Source: Pocillopora damicornis
Taxonomy: Eukaryota
Direction of reading: 5' to 3'
DNA: 64,000 nt
Assembly: GCF_003704095.1 (NCBI RefSeq)
Contig: NW_020844305.1
Coordinates: forward strand, 62,001 to 126,000
Below, piece after piece: positions 36,854 to 47,935 of this stretch. The position numbers and the translations under genes are program-made. The notes beneath the pieces are model-generated. The model was given only the letters and a program-made list of their open reading frames with translations. It was not told the DNA's origin and made no database searches. Position 1 is the first letter of the stretch. The number at the start of each line of letters is the position of its first letter.

Positions 36854-38218
36854 TGCAACATACCACTGTACATGCTAACATAGAGTTATTTTATTCATAA
36901 AAAAAACTCAGAAAGGCTTGGGCATTGTAGCATTTTTTTTAAAAGAATTGAGAATCCAAAAAAAACGTAATTCCAGGACATGAAGCCTTTGAGTTTTCCC
37001 AGACCATGGTAGGTTTCTGAAATTAGCAGGATTATACTAAAAGGGACATCAAAATTAAATGACAACAAAATGTTCAGAAATTGAGAGGTAAAAAGGCCTC
37101 AGTAAAAGTCTACAGTAACTATACTTGGCTATATTTGAATATTTCTTAAAGAAAACGCTAAAAAATATGCATAGCTATTTACAATGTCTTGCAAATAACC
37201 AATCATCTATGAAATGCCTTCTTTCCTCCAGTCTCCATTCTAAAAGTTTAGGAAGGTAAAATGAATCACAGGTTGACTATAGAAAGTATACTAGGGATCT
37301 ACCTAAGGCAGAAAAGAAAACTGTTATTGCAGTGTGCCCTACCCCTGAAAACAGCAGACAAATGTTTAGTTAAACCTGGTTTGACTGAATGAAAATGAAA
37401 CAGAGGACTAAAAAAACTGAATTTTTCACAGGATTCAAGTAGTCACTCACTTGTATTTTAAATGTGCAAAATTTTGAGTCAACAAATACCAGTTTAAGCA
37501 GCTATGGAGAAGACAATTTTCATCTGTGTTTAAAAAAAATCAAATCAAAACAGCTGCAAAACATGTTTAAGCTTTGGTGTGAATAGGTCAAGTCATACTT
37601 CTCTGATCATACAAAAACGTCATGACAAAAATCATCACCTTTGTCCAGTTTGTCCTTTCATTTATTACTCATTTCATTTTTGTCATAACATGTTATTTAC
37701 ATTTTTACATATTTACTAGATTGAATTGTATGTGTATGTTGTACGTGTATTGTAGTTAAAGGGTTCTAATTTATATGCACTCAGGCATTAAATAGTAAGC
37801 TAAAAAACACCTGCAATAGCAGTGTCTTGTTCCACATCATTCCCGTAATGTCAGCTAGTTATTTTTCGAAGCTGTTAAATACTTTTAAAAAAATGATCCC
37901 AATAACCTCTGTACAACATTTTACAAAACATTTCACTATAGTTAAAAGTTTAACTATTTCTCAGCCACATGGAATTAAACCTTTAACTCCCAGAAGTAAT
38001 TAATATGTAACTTATTCCTACAATATTCGTACACTGTCCTGCAAACAGGTGATGAGAGTACTAAAATTTATTAAGTGGAAGTTGTTACCTTGACATACCA
38101 CCAAATTCTTGTAACTAATTTACAAGGATATGTGCAGTGGCTAGATGGGAGAATTAGCAATCATATCTTTGGAGTTAAAGAGTTTAACAAGACAGGGAGA
38201 GTCTAAAAGGGATCACTG

Positions 38219-40111
38219 TCATCTTGCACGTCTTCCTCTTCCTCTGTGGTGTCTTTCTTGCTTCTTGTATGGGTGAGACCTTAATTGCTCACTCTGGACT
38301 AGAAGAGGATGTTTTCCTTGGCCAGATGGTTCTTTTTCATGTCCACTTTCCATCAGTTTGAGCTTGGCCTCAATTGCTTGTATCTTGGAGTCACAGCTGG
38401 AGAGAGAAGGAAAAAGATTTTGAATATTACATCAACCTACCCACACCATGAAGCTATCAACAGTTGATCGAAAATCCATGTTACATTTTGAAATTTTGCA
38501 AAATGTAATAATCACATATGGGGATAGTCGTGTCTTAAGACCACAATAGATGCAATACTTTAGTAACATCACCAACTTAATAACAGGGTGTATACCTTGT
38601 TGTTTTAAGCAGCAACAAAATTGATATTGTTCTTGGCATGTGCTGATAGCCAGTTTTCAAGTTATGATAATTTTACAACAGGAGAGAATAAGGATAACCA
38701 AATTTACAATATCACCAATTGTTTTTCTTCTCTCACCTATCTAGTGAACTTTGTGATGAGCCTGGAGTGGTTGCTATAACTTTATCTTTCTCTTTCTTTC
38801 CCTGTATGAAGACATGACATGTTAGATATGTCTAACATATATTGTGGGACCAGGTGTATTACAACTTCCTCAGGATATCACCAAGTTCCTAACAGTCCAC
38901 TGATAACCAGTCACATTGTATACTCCAGGGTAAAGAAAGGGCTCTGTGAGAGTGGAGAACACAACACATTGACCCAGATTCCTCTCTTTTGTTTTACCAA
39001 TGAGACACAAAGATAAGTAAGACCAGGTAAAGCATAGTTTTTTTAAATAACTGGTAAGTAAATCTGCTAAAAATTAAAGATGAAAACAATGGTGCTGAAG
39101 TCTACAACTGAGTTGAGTAAATGGCTGTGAATTTATGAAAGTCATAACTGCAAAGATTGCTTTCATATCCATGAGTTAAGTAAATTTGCCATGGTAAAGA
39201 GTTCTGTGAGCTTTCACTGAGTGCCCACTCAGCTACAAAATCCTTTATTCTAATGAGGTTCCTAACCAGTGACCTCTACTAAGAAGGTATTAAATAACTC
39301 AATTCTAACATCAACTCTGCTTTCCCACTTACAGCCTCTCCAGTTTTTTTCCTTGCCCAGTTTACGGTCAGAGGCTTGGACAGTGCTAGTTTGCCATTCA
39401 ATCCAAGCAGAGCATTTTCTGCTTCCTAGAGAATTTTATAGAGCCAGACCAAAACAGAAAAAGTTCAAATACTAGTCCTCTTCATCTTGTAATGACATGC
39501 AACACTCTTCCAACTATCTACGTACCTGGAAGGTTTTGAACTCAACAAAGCAGTAAGATGGCTCTCCCTCTCTTGCACCAGATTTATGAAAATGGAGGTC
39601 AAAGTTCTTGATCTCTCCAAACCGCTGAAGAATTTTCAGGAGGTTATATCTATTTTACACAAATAAAGACATGCGTCCTAAGCTTAAAAGAACAAACCCA
39701 AAGACAGCAAAGTAAAGGTGTTTCGTAGGCCTGGTGCAACTAAAAAAAAATTTTAAAGAAGCACTCATGTAAACCAGTCATAATCTCGAGCTTTGTATCT
39801 TTTTCGGAATGCATTTTTTCAGGCTTTTTAACACGCTGAGAGGGTAATACAAACGAATTCTAACACCATATTAGCGTAATTTCTGAAAAAGCTATGAGAT
39901 GCTTTAGTTGTTTGGGCAAGCTGTTCACTCACTCGCTCAGTCGCCTGTCCAAGTTACCAACCCATATGGTCGATTTGTTATTCAAAGTTTTCTCTTTTTC
40001 CTAAAAAAAACGAAGAAAAAATTTTGAATTGGGTGAAAAAGGAAAAACTAGTCGTTTAGAATATAACCTCATTATTTAAAGGTGTACCTTTCCGTCACTT
40101 GAGGTAGCCAT
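38219..40111 (-). CDS. RBM18: RNA-binding protein 18 (single RRM)
   Basis: Exons 40088-40111, 39933-40000, 39526-39649, 39333-39425, 38737-38801 and 38219-38396: [70 protein letters not shown]. Confidence 0.93.
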
Positions 40112-40194
40112 GTTGATACAGTTTCATTACCGTTACACAACGTATTCCTTCGAAGAACTCCCTCGATCCATCCCTTCCCGTCCAATCACAACTA

Positions 40195-43100
40195 ATGGCG
40201 GACAAGGGGGAAGAAAGTCATTCGCAAAGATCGAGCAAGCATTCTAAAGAATCAGCTCGAAAGGTATGTCTTTAAATTTTATCGTATGGCCAATACTTCT
40301 TTTTTTAACCGAAGTACAGTCTTGAGGGATCATGCCACAGCAGCCTCTGCAGATTTTCCATTTTTCTTAACTGTGAGAGTGTTAAACTTCAATAAATAAA
40401 CAGAGAAAACAGAGAACTTCTCATGCGACCTCTGTCGGAAATTACAACTTTGACCCTTTCTTAGAAACTCTTTTCCAAGTACCAAGTGGTGCATGAGGTG
40501 TATTGTTTTAATTTATAATCCTGTTCACGACAGGAGTCAAGGAAACATAGAAAAAGAAGTCGAAGTTCTGAATCAGGCTCTGATAGTTCAGGATCGTCGC
40601 GCAGTTCCATCAGCCCAGCAAGGTAGGAAGATAATTTCTCGCACAGCTCACATGATATAAGAGAATAATTGTAGAACTTTAACCCTTTAACTTCCAGAAG
40701 TGATTTAAATGTAACTTCTCCCTACAATTAACTTATACACTATCCAATAAACAGGTTATGAGATTACACAAACGTATCAGTCAGAGGTTGTTATAATGAT
40801 ATAACACCAAATTCTTGTAACTAAATACAAGGAAATGTATAACAGCTAGATGGGAGAATTAACAATCAGATCTTGGGAGTTAAAGGATTAAGAGATGTTC
40901 TGTTAAAACTAGTACGAAAAATAACATCTTTACTTGAAAGGTGGACATTTGCCCCATCTTCAGTTTCTCAATAAAATGTTTTTACTCATTACTTTTTTTA
41001 TACTGAATTAAGAAATCAAATTACATGTCAGGAAAAAATCTAGAACCTCTAAATTGAAGAAAAGAAAGCCAAGGAAAAGTCCATCGACAGAAACAGACAG
41101 AAGTGGTGATTCTACTGACTCAGAGAAAAGAAAGAAAAGACACAGGAGGAAAGAAGACAGGAGAAAACAGGTACTAGAGCCTATAACATTACAGTGCAGA
41201 TCATTGTTTATTCTGAGGATATTTAGGGATTTAATTCAATTCTTAGCTGAGTTGAAAAAGTTTTATATCAGTCTTGATGTACCTTAAGCATTACAGCTCA
41301 CTTCTCATTGGTCATTTCCAAGTTCCAAAAACCTCCACCTCAAATCATGGGAAAACCATCATTGAATATGACTGTAATTCTCAGGCAATGGTTGTTCAAA
41401 GGTCAGTTAACACTATCTGCTGGATAAATCTCTATCCAGTGGATAATGCCGTTTTGCTGTCACTTATCCACTGGGTACCGATTAATCTGTTTGATAGTGT
41501 TTTTCAACCTTTATACAACTGGGCCCAGGAGAATAATGAATAATCATTACATCAAGGGCTTTACACGTATGTGTAGAGGGGACTAACTCTGTTGAAACAG
41601 AATCTTAATAGCTAGCATGCAAGCCGATTCACAATGTCTGAAGAAATGCTTTTGTCAAAGGGCCATTGAAAGCATTACTTCCAGGCTAGGGTTTGGGCCA
41701 TCTCAGAAAGGGCTAATATTTTGTCCAAAGTTCTTGCATGTGGTTATTTGCTACCAAAATCATGTCTTATATTTACTTGGCTTCTTTGAATTCATTTTAA
41801 AAACAAAGTGAAAGAGCTGGGCTCCTTGGATTCTCAAGATATTTATCAAGCAGCCTTGATATAAAAATAATCAAATTATTTTTCTGAGTGCATAGCTTGG
41901 TTTGTCATAGGGCAAGAAAACAAGGAAAAAGAAAGAGAAAACAAGAAAAAAAAAAATCAAGTCAAAGACAGCTGTCAATCAAGACAAGTATGGCAAATAT
42001 GGAATCTTGGTGGAAAGTGACATTTTCAACAAACAACAAGAATTTTACTTGTGGCTTCAAGAAGTCAAGAAAGTAAACCCTGAAGTGTTTCCCAGATCTG
42101 AAATGAAAAAAATGTTTGAAACATTTGCAGAGGACTATAACACTGTAACACTACCACATAAAAAGTAAGCAACAGTTACTGGTGTAAAAAAAAAATTATC
42201 ACTATATTGAATCCTAATGTGACTAACCCCCAGTAAATCAAATCAAATCACTTTTTCGCCCTTTGACAGATCACAAGATTTTGTTCAACCACATCAGTTA
42301 ACCCTTTCACTCCCAAGATCTCGATAGTAATTCTCCTCACTGTCTGCTATACAATTCTTTTAATGTTAGTGTGGAGAATTTGGTATTGGATCAACTAATA
42401 ATCCCCTAATTGATATTTTTCTTTATTCTCATCACTTGTCTGCTTGATATGTAGATTTTATGACCTGGAAAAGTGGGAAGCCAAACAGAGGAAAAAAGGA
42501 AGGCTTAAGGCTCTGAAGAAAGCACAAAAGCAACAGGTTTCAATTGAAAATGATGAACTCAGGCATAAATCACTTCACTCTGGACCAACAAGACCTGGTA
42601 AGAAAACCGGACACATAGGAAAGAAACAGCTCTGCTATCAGTAACATTTGACATGGGTGGCTGTCTAAATGGAAGAAAGGGAGTTACTCAGACTAGAATA
42701 CTTGCCAGAGTGGTAGCAAATGCAGGGTCTTCATGCCAGCAGTGAGACAGCAAGAATATGTTGCTCACCTTAGATGAGATAAATACATTTATTTGACAAG
42801 CTTAATTGTCCACATTTTGATTGGGTCTTATACTTATCATTTATTAGAAGACAGATGTGTAGATGATGTCACCATCAACAACATTCTGCTTTTTTATCGT
42901 AAAAACAAATAGATTCTGTGTTTCTGTGGGTCTGTACAGTAAAAGATTACAGAAAACAAAAAATGTGATACAAACATCAGTGACACACTCAATTGTGCCA
43001 CACGAGCCACTTTGATGTTCTCACCATATTTCAATGTTGTCTTTGATCTGTTACCCAACTGATGCACAGCAACATGCAATCTATTTGATGATCCAGAAAA

Positions 43101-43282
43101 AAAATGGTGAACCTTATTAACATTAAGGTTAATTTTTGTTTGTTCATACAGGAATGAGCAAAGCAGATTTACTTGAAATGCAGCGAGTTATGAGAGAAAG
43201 ACAACAGGAGGATTACAAGAAAAAGGCTGGCATGAAACTTGATGAAACTAAGGGTGTGAGATATCACACAATGAATCCATAA
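40195..43282 (+). CDS. Uncharacterised protein with a Ser/Arg/Lys-rich N-terminus and a conserved C-terminal domain
   Basis: Exons 40195-40263, 40534-40622, 41032-41170, 41911-42164, 42455-42597 and 43152-43282 splice in frame: ..YGKYGILVESDIFNKQQEFYLWLQEVKKVNPE..KKMFETFAEDYNTVTLPHKKFYDLEKWE..GMKLDETKGVRY. Confidence 0.85.
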
Positions 43283-43924
43283 CTTTTTACTTGAATTAAC
43301 AAAATTTTTACCCTTTCCCATCTGACCGTGCCATATGGCACTCACATATACCACCCCTCAAATAAACATTATATGTTCCATATACACTTTTTATGGCTTT
43401 ATTCTTGGAGGTATTCCTAGAGGTTGCCAAAATATTTTTTGTCTTTATTTCCATGCTAATTTTGATTTTATTAAGTACAATACCATTGAAAATAATTATT
43501 CTAACATTGTACTAGAATGTAATGTACAATTCATTACTGGATAAACATAAAAGCAAAAATATGCAACAACTCTCTTCACTGGCAAACATTTTGTAATGCA
43601 CAATGAAAATAACCTCAAGCTTGTTATCTGTTTATAACTATATTTATATGGTGAAATGAAATGGTCAAAAAACTATCTATTTCCTTCAGAAAGTAAAGTT
43701 TTTTTCTTATCTCATGTTTTGGTTTTTTAATTACACTCCAACTTCATGTGTTTTTACACAGCTCTTCACATCCTGGATTTTGTCACTTTGGGTGTTGCTG
43801 TCTTTGACTAGCTTGAATTGAAAGCAAACTATTTCAAAATGCTTTCCTTTTATATTTATTCTACTTTTCAACTGATCAATATATTCATTATATTGAGTCA
43901 CTGTTCTGCCTTAATTTATGAAGT

Positions 43925-44118
43925 AGGCTGATTGTCCAAGGTTGAGCAGTCCTGAAAAGGATTGTTGCCAGTAGAAATGACTGATATTTAAACAAACTGA
44001 GTTGAAGTTGCTCTGAGCACAAGTGAATTTGATAATGACTTCCTCGTCAGCATGCAAACATCATCACTACAACTGTCAACAGTCCTTATCAGGACTACTC
44101 CCACCTGGACAATCAGAC
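43925..44118. repeat. Degenerate palindromic element (Penelope/retrozyme-like repeat)
   Basis: Inverted arms CTGATTGTCCAAGGTTGAGCAGTCCTGAAAAGGA and TCCTTATCAGGACTACTCCCACCTGGACAATCAG. Confidence 0.55.
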
Positions 44119-44296
44119 TGAAAGAACAACAGCTACTCCTGGGTTCAAAGCTCTCACTGCTCTTTTTTTAAGACTCTTAAAACAAATGCAATAAAATTGT
44201 GATCGTAAAACATAAATTTATCTTGTGGTTTGATACAAACTTAGTGTTTGGTAAGGTGGCAGTAGAAAGTACACTGAATATTTTGACAAGCAACGT

Positions 44297-45245
44297 TCAG
44301 TTTTCCTCAACAATGGATTTTTCCACTTTATCAAACTGGTAAGTCTCAAATAAAGACTTACATTTTATACCGCTTTTATCAATTTCTTGCAAATTTAGAG
44401 TGGACAAAAATTGCAAAGCTTTTTGCTTGTCAAGCCTTAAAGGTTTACCAGAGTCTTCTGATCTTTCTGCATTTAGAATAAGACCTTGGACATCAGAATT
44501 CACTGTATCATGTTGCTGAGAAGTCTTTGGGAAGTCTTTTGATGAAGGTCCCTTTGAGTGTGTTCTTCCTGGCTCCACCTCCATAGACTCTGCTAATGTA
44601 CCAAGCATCTTTACTTGCAGGGTCTCTACTTCCTGATCAGTTCTCTGCATGCAAAGAGCATCTCGCTCATTGTTACTTGAAGAGTGTTTTCTAACCAAAT
44701 TCCTTGCCGGTGAACTTGTAAGTTTCATTGTCTTTGTAAGTTTCACTGATTGCCTTCTTTTTCCTGATTGGCAGTGCTCATCTATGTCTTTTTCCTTCAT
44801 ATTGTCTATTAATACATGACTCTTCCTCTTTAAGACTCTTAAAGGGGAAACCTCAGCAGGAGTTGGTTGTTTATCATGTTCCTTCCAATTACACCATGGA
44901 AAACAGTGTTTCACCGGAACAACGTGAACATCACCAACATGTTTTGGCTTAAGAATTATTGACTTTCTTGTTGCTGCAGTTGCTTCAATGTCCATGATGC
45001 CATCTAACCCCACTTTGTGGAGAGTTTGCACTGAAATGTCATCAAATATGTTAGATTATGATAATTTCAAGAGAATCTAAACTCTAACCTGCATCTGTTT
45101 TCAACGGAAAGCCCAAAGCTGATCTCTGATTGTTGGTGGGATGGAAATTTGCGTTAATCATGTTCTGGCAATCAGCCCTACACAGTCTTGTCACAGTCCT
45201 GGCTGATGGGTGCAGAGCTGCACACTGGGATAACCTTCTGTCCAT
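44297..45245 (-). CDS. Hypothetical two-exon protein, ~296 aa, no recognised domain
   Basis: A 734-nt open exon (44297-45030) follows a TTTCAG acceptor. A phase-compatible first exon (45089-45245) starts MDRRLSQCAALHP and ends at a GTTAG donor. The first exon is inferred. Confidence 0.55.
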
Positions 45246-45482
45246 ATTGTCTTCAGGGTACAGGATCAGAGACAGATAAATGGTTTTTCCGTTAGGAAAG
45301 GGTCAAGCTTAAAATACGGAGATTCATCCGCATAAGCAATTCAAGGGTTGGAGCGATGAAATTCCGCAAAACAATAATTATGGCGGGATACAAGGTTATG
45401 CCAAACGGTTTGAATATGACAGGTAATTTAGTGTTAACAACTGGGTTGAAAACGTAAATTAGCCACCGTAAAGGGTAAAAAA

Positions 45483-45516
45483 GCTAACGTTTCGAGCGTT
45501 AGCCCTTCGTCAGAGC
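45483..45516 (-). ncRNA. Minimal type I hammerhead ribozyme (Penelope-associated type)
   Basis: The minus strand reads GCT-CTGACGA-A-GGGC-TAAC-GCTC-GAAA-CGTT-AGC: CUGANGA and GAAA core, stem II, palindromic ACGU in place of stem III, and a GCU/AGC stem I. Confidence 0.7.
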
Positions 45517-45790
45517 GATTGGTTTGAGCGGTTTGAATATGAGTTAAATAACAACTTTGATTTGATCTGAATCAAAAGAATCTGATAGAAGTATAGATTA
45601 ACTAGTTGTTTGTTAATTCCTCCTAACTCCCTGGATGCTAGAGACTAGCAAACAATAATTCTGTACCTGAATTAGCTTGTTAACTGTTATCTTCGTTCGC
45701 TCGCACAAATTTCGCGCCCTGTTCCCCGACAATCTCCCCAGTGATTTTATGCGTGATCCGGCGGGAGGCTTGGGAACTAAACAATTCAAA

Positions 45791-47152
45791 ATGGCGGAAA
45801 GACTTGCTTCTCAAACATTGCAGAAATTTGCTGAATTAGAAGAGCTCGCTCAAGAAATAATGGAAGATAAACAACAGGTATAGATATTTCAAAGTGAAAT
45901 AATTACATANNNNNNNNNNNNNNNNNNNNNNNNNNNNNNNNNNNNNNNNNNNNNNNNNNNNNNNNNNNNNNNNNNNNNNNNNNNNNNNNNNNNNNNNNNN
46001 NNNNNNNNNTCAAATCATTTGTTTTAATTGTAGCATCCAAACCCTGGGTGTGTTTTGGAAACATGTTCATCAAGCTCCCAAGTTCCAATGTGCAAGCAAT
46101 GTTGCAGCAAGGTAAGCAATTACATCAAGAAGTCTTTTCTCCAAAGAAACAAACTTTAAACCTTACATATTTTTTTCCCTTCTATTTTATGAAGATCAGA
46201 AGAACTTAGAAGAGGAAATAAGCAGGCTAAGGAAAGACTTGAAGCCAAAAGTTTCAAAGCTCCATGAACTGGAGGGTTTGTAGACTTATTGTTGTTGTAT
46301 TCAGTAGTAACAGTACTGTTTCTCATTTTGGCAGATGATAAGGTGGCTAGACCAAGATTTAGTTTTATGATGTATGTGACTCATCACTGTTGTCAGCAGT
46401 GTGACGTGATAAGGCCCCAGTTCTGCAAAGGCTAGATAATGCTATCTACAGGATAAATCCCTATCTGTGGATAGTGAAGTACAATCTGTTGACACTTATC
46501 CAGAGGGTAGCAAGTTATCAGTTGGATTACATTATCCAACCTTCAAACAACTGGGGCCAGGAGTATTGTTAGTCTTTGATGAGTGGATGCCAGTCCATCA
46601 CATCAGTTTAGGTAAAGAAAGAAAAGGTAAAGTCTTTTTCTAAGTCAAGTGGCCCATCCAGCCTGGGGATCTCTCTGTTTCTGTAGCATGAGGTGATTAC
46701 AAGTATTGCCACTCCCCAAGAATGGGATGCTTGTCTGTTCCAGGTTGCCCTCAGAATTTCATCAGGTTTCCCTGATAGTGCACCAGTTCATTTGATGGAA
46801 GTCAGTAGAGAGGAATTCATTAGAGCATTGACTGTACTGGAAGGCACTTTGAAAGTAATGTCTCATCCAAGAGCACAATACTAAGACCCATGCTAGTGCT
46901 CAATCTGGTCTGATTGCTTGATCTGTATTACAGTGTACTGGCCACTAGCAAGGGTCTTCTGGCAATTTTGAAGCTGCTTTAGTCATCTAAGAAGCAGCTT
47001 TTCCTATTTGCAGATTTATTGAGAAAAGAAATATGCCACCTTCTGATTTTTAGTAACACTGTAGTATTCCTTCTTATTCAGGATTACCAGAGGTGAAGGG
47101 ATTTGACTTAACTGCTCTGACAAAAGATGATTTGCAGAGTCTGGAGCCATGA
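45791..47152 (+). CDS. PDRG1: p53 and DNA damage-regulated protein 1 (prefoldin-like); one exon lost in the gap at 45910-46009
   Basis: Exons 45791-45877, [gap], 46034-46111, 46195-46275 and 47082-47152: ELEELAQEIMEDKQQ..WVCFGNMFIKLP..DQKNLEEEISRLRKDLKPKVSKLHELEGLPEVKGFDLTAL. Confidence 0.93.
46413..46558. mobile_element. Palindromic MITE with GGCCCCAGTT termini
   Basis: TIR GGCCCCAGTT..AACTGGGGCC with internal GGATA/TATCC repeats. Related copies at ~33572-33715 and ~41384-41527. Confidence 0.75.
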
Positions 47153-47935
47153 TCCCTCAAAGGAGGAGCAGAAATGGCTGCACTACTACCTTACACACAG
47201 ACTATGCTCTATAAACAAGTCATCCAAGGCTGAAGAATATCACAAGATACAAATCTTCAGTTATTCAAAACAGCAAAGGTATACCTTTGAAGGAGGGGGG
47301 CAAGAACTGGGATGCAAGTGACCCCTGTTTATCAAAAAAGGTAGCACTAAGTGTGGAATATCTCCAATGAAAATCCTGCCAACACCATGGAAGAAAATGC
47401 AAGATATGATTTTGTGACCATAAGGGCACTGGTGCCAGATTGCTGAGAAAGTCAAGACTATTGGATTACACATGGAACACTACAAACTGAGTCTTGTCTT
47501 ACTTATGTTAATATTGCCTGACTTTTATTTTTGATATTTCCTTCAGGTGAAAGAGCAGCAATAAATATTCACCATTTTTAAGCAAAGATGGATCCATGTA
47601 TGGATTATCAGTTTATTGGAGTTGGTTGACAACAGAAATAGATGTTTAACAATACCCATCCACACTGAAAATAAATAACTAACTTATCTAATTTTTCATT
47701 TTCATGCAATTTCTTCATTCGATTTAGAAATGTGACATTTACAACACCCCTCCCATTCTGCTTTACAAAATTTGTTTACTATGTACATATACTACAACCT
47801 TGGAAGAACTGAAGCCTATGATAAAGAACAATTCTGAAGACTTAAAAAGTGGACTTGATTGTGGATTTTCTTACACCTCGCTTGTATTAAATGTGTTAAC
47901 CACTGATAGCAGGCTATTCTGGCTGTTATTCATTA

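Noticed and set aside
42555-42570. Possible GC donor at CTCAG|GCATAA
   Set aside because: The canonical GTAAG donor after 42597 gives the correct phase for the last exon.
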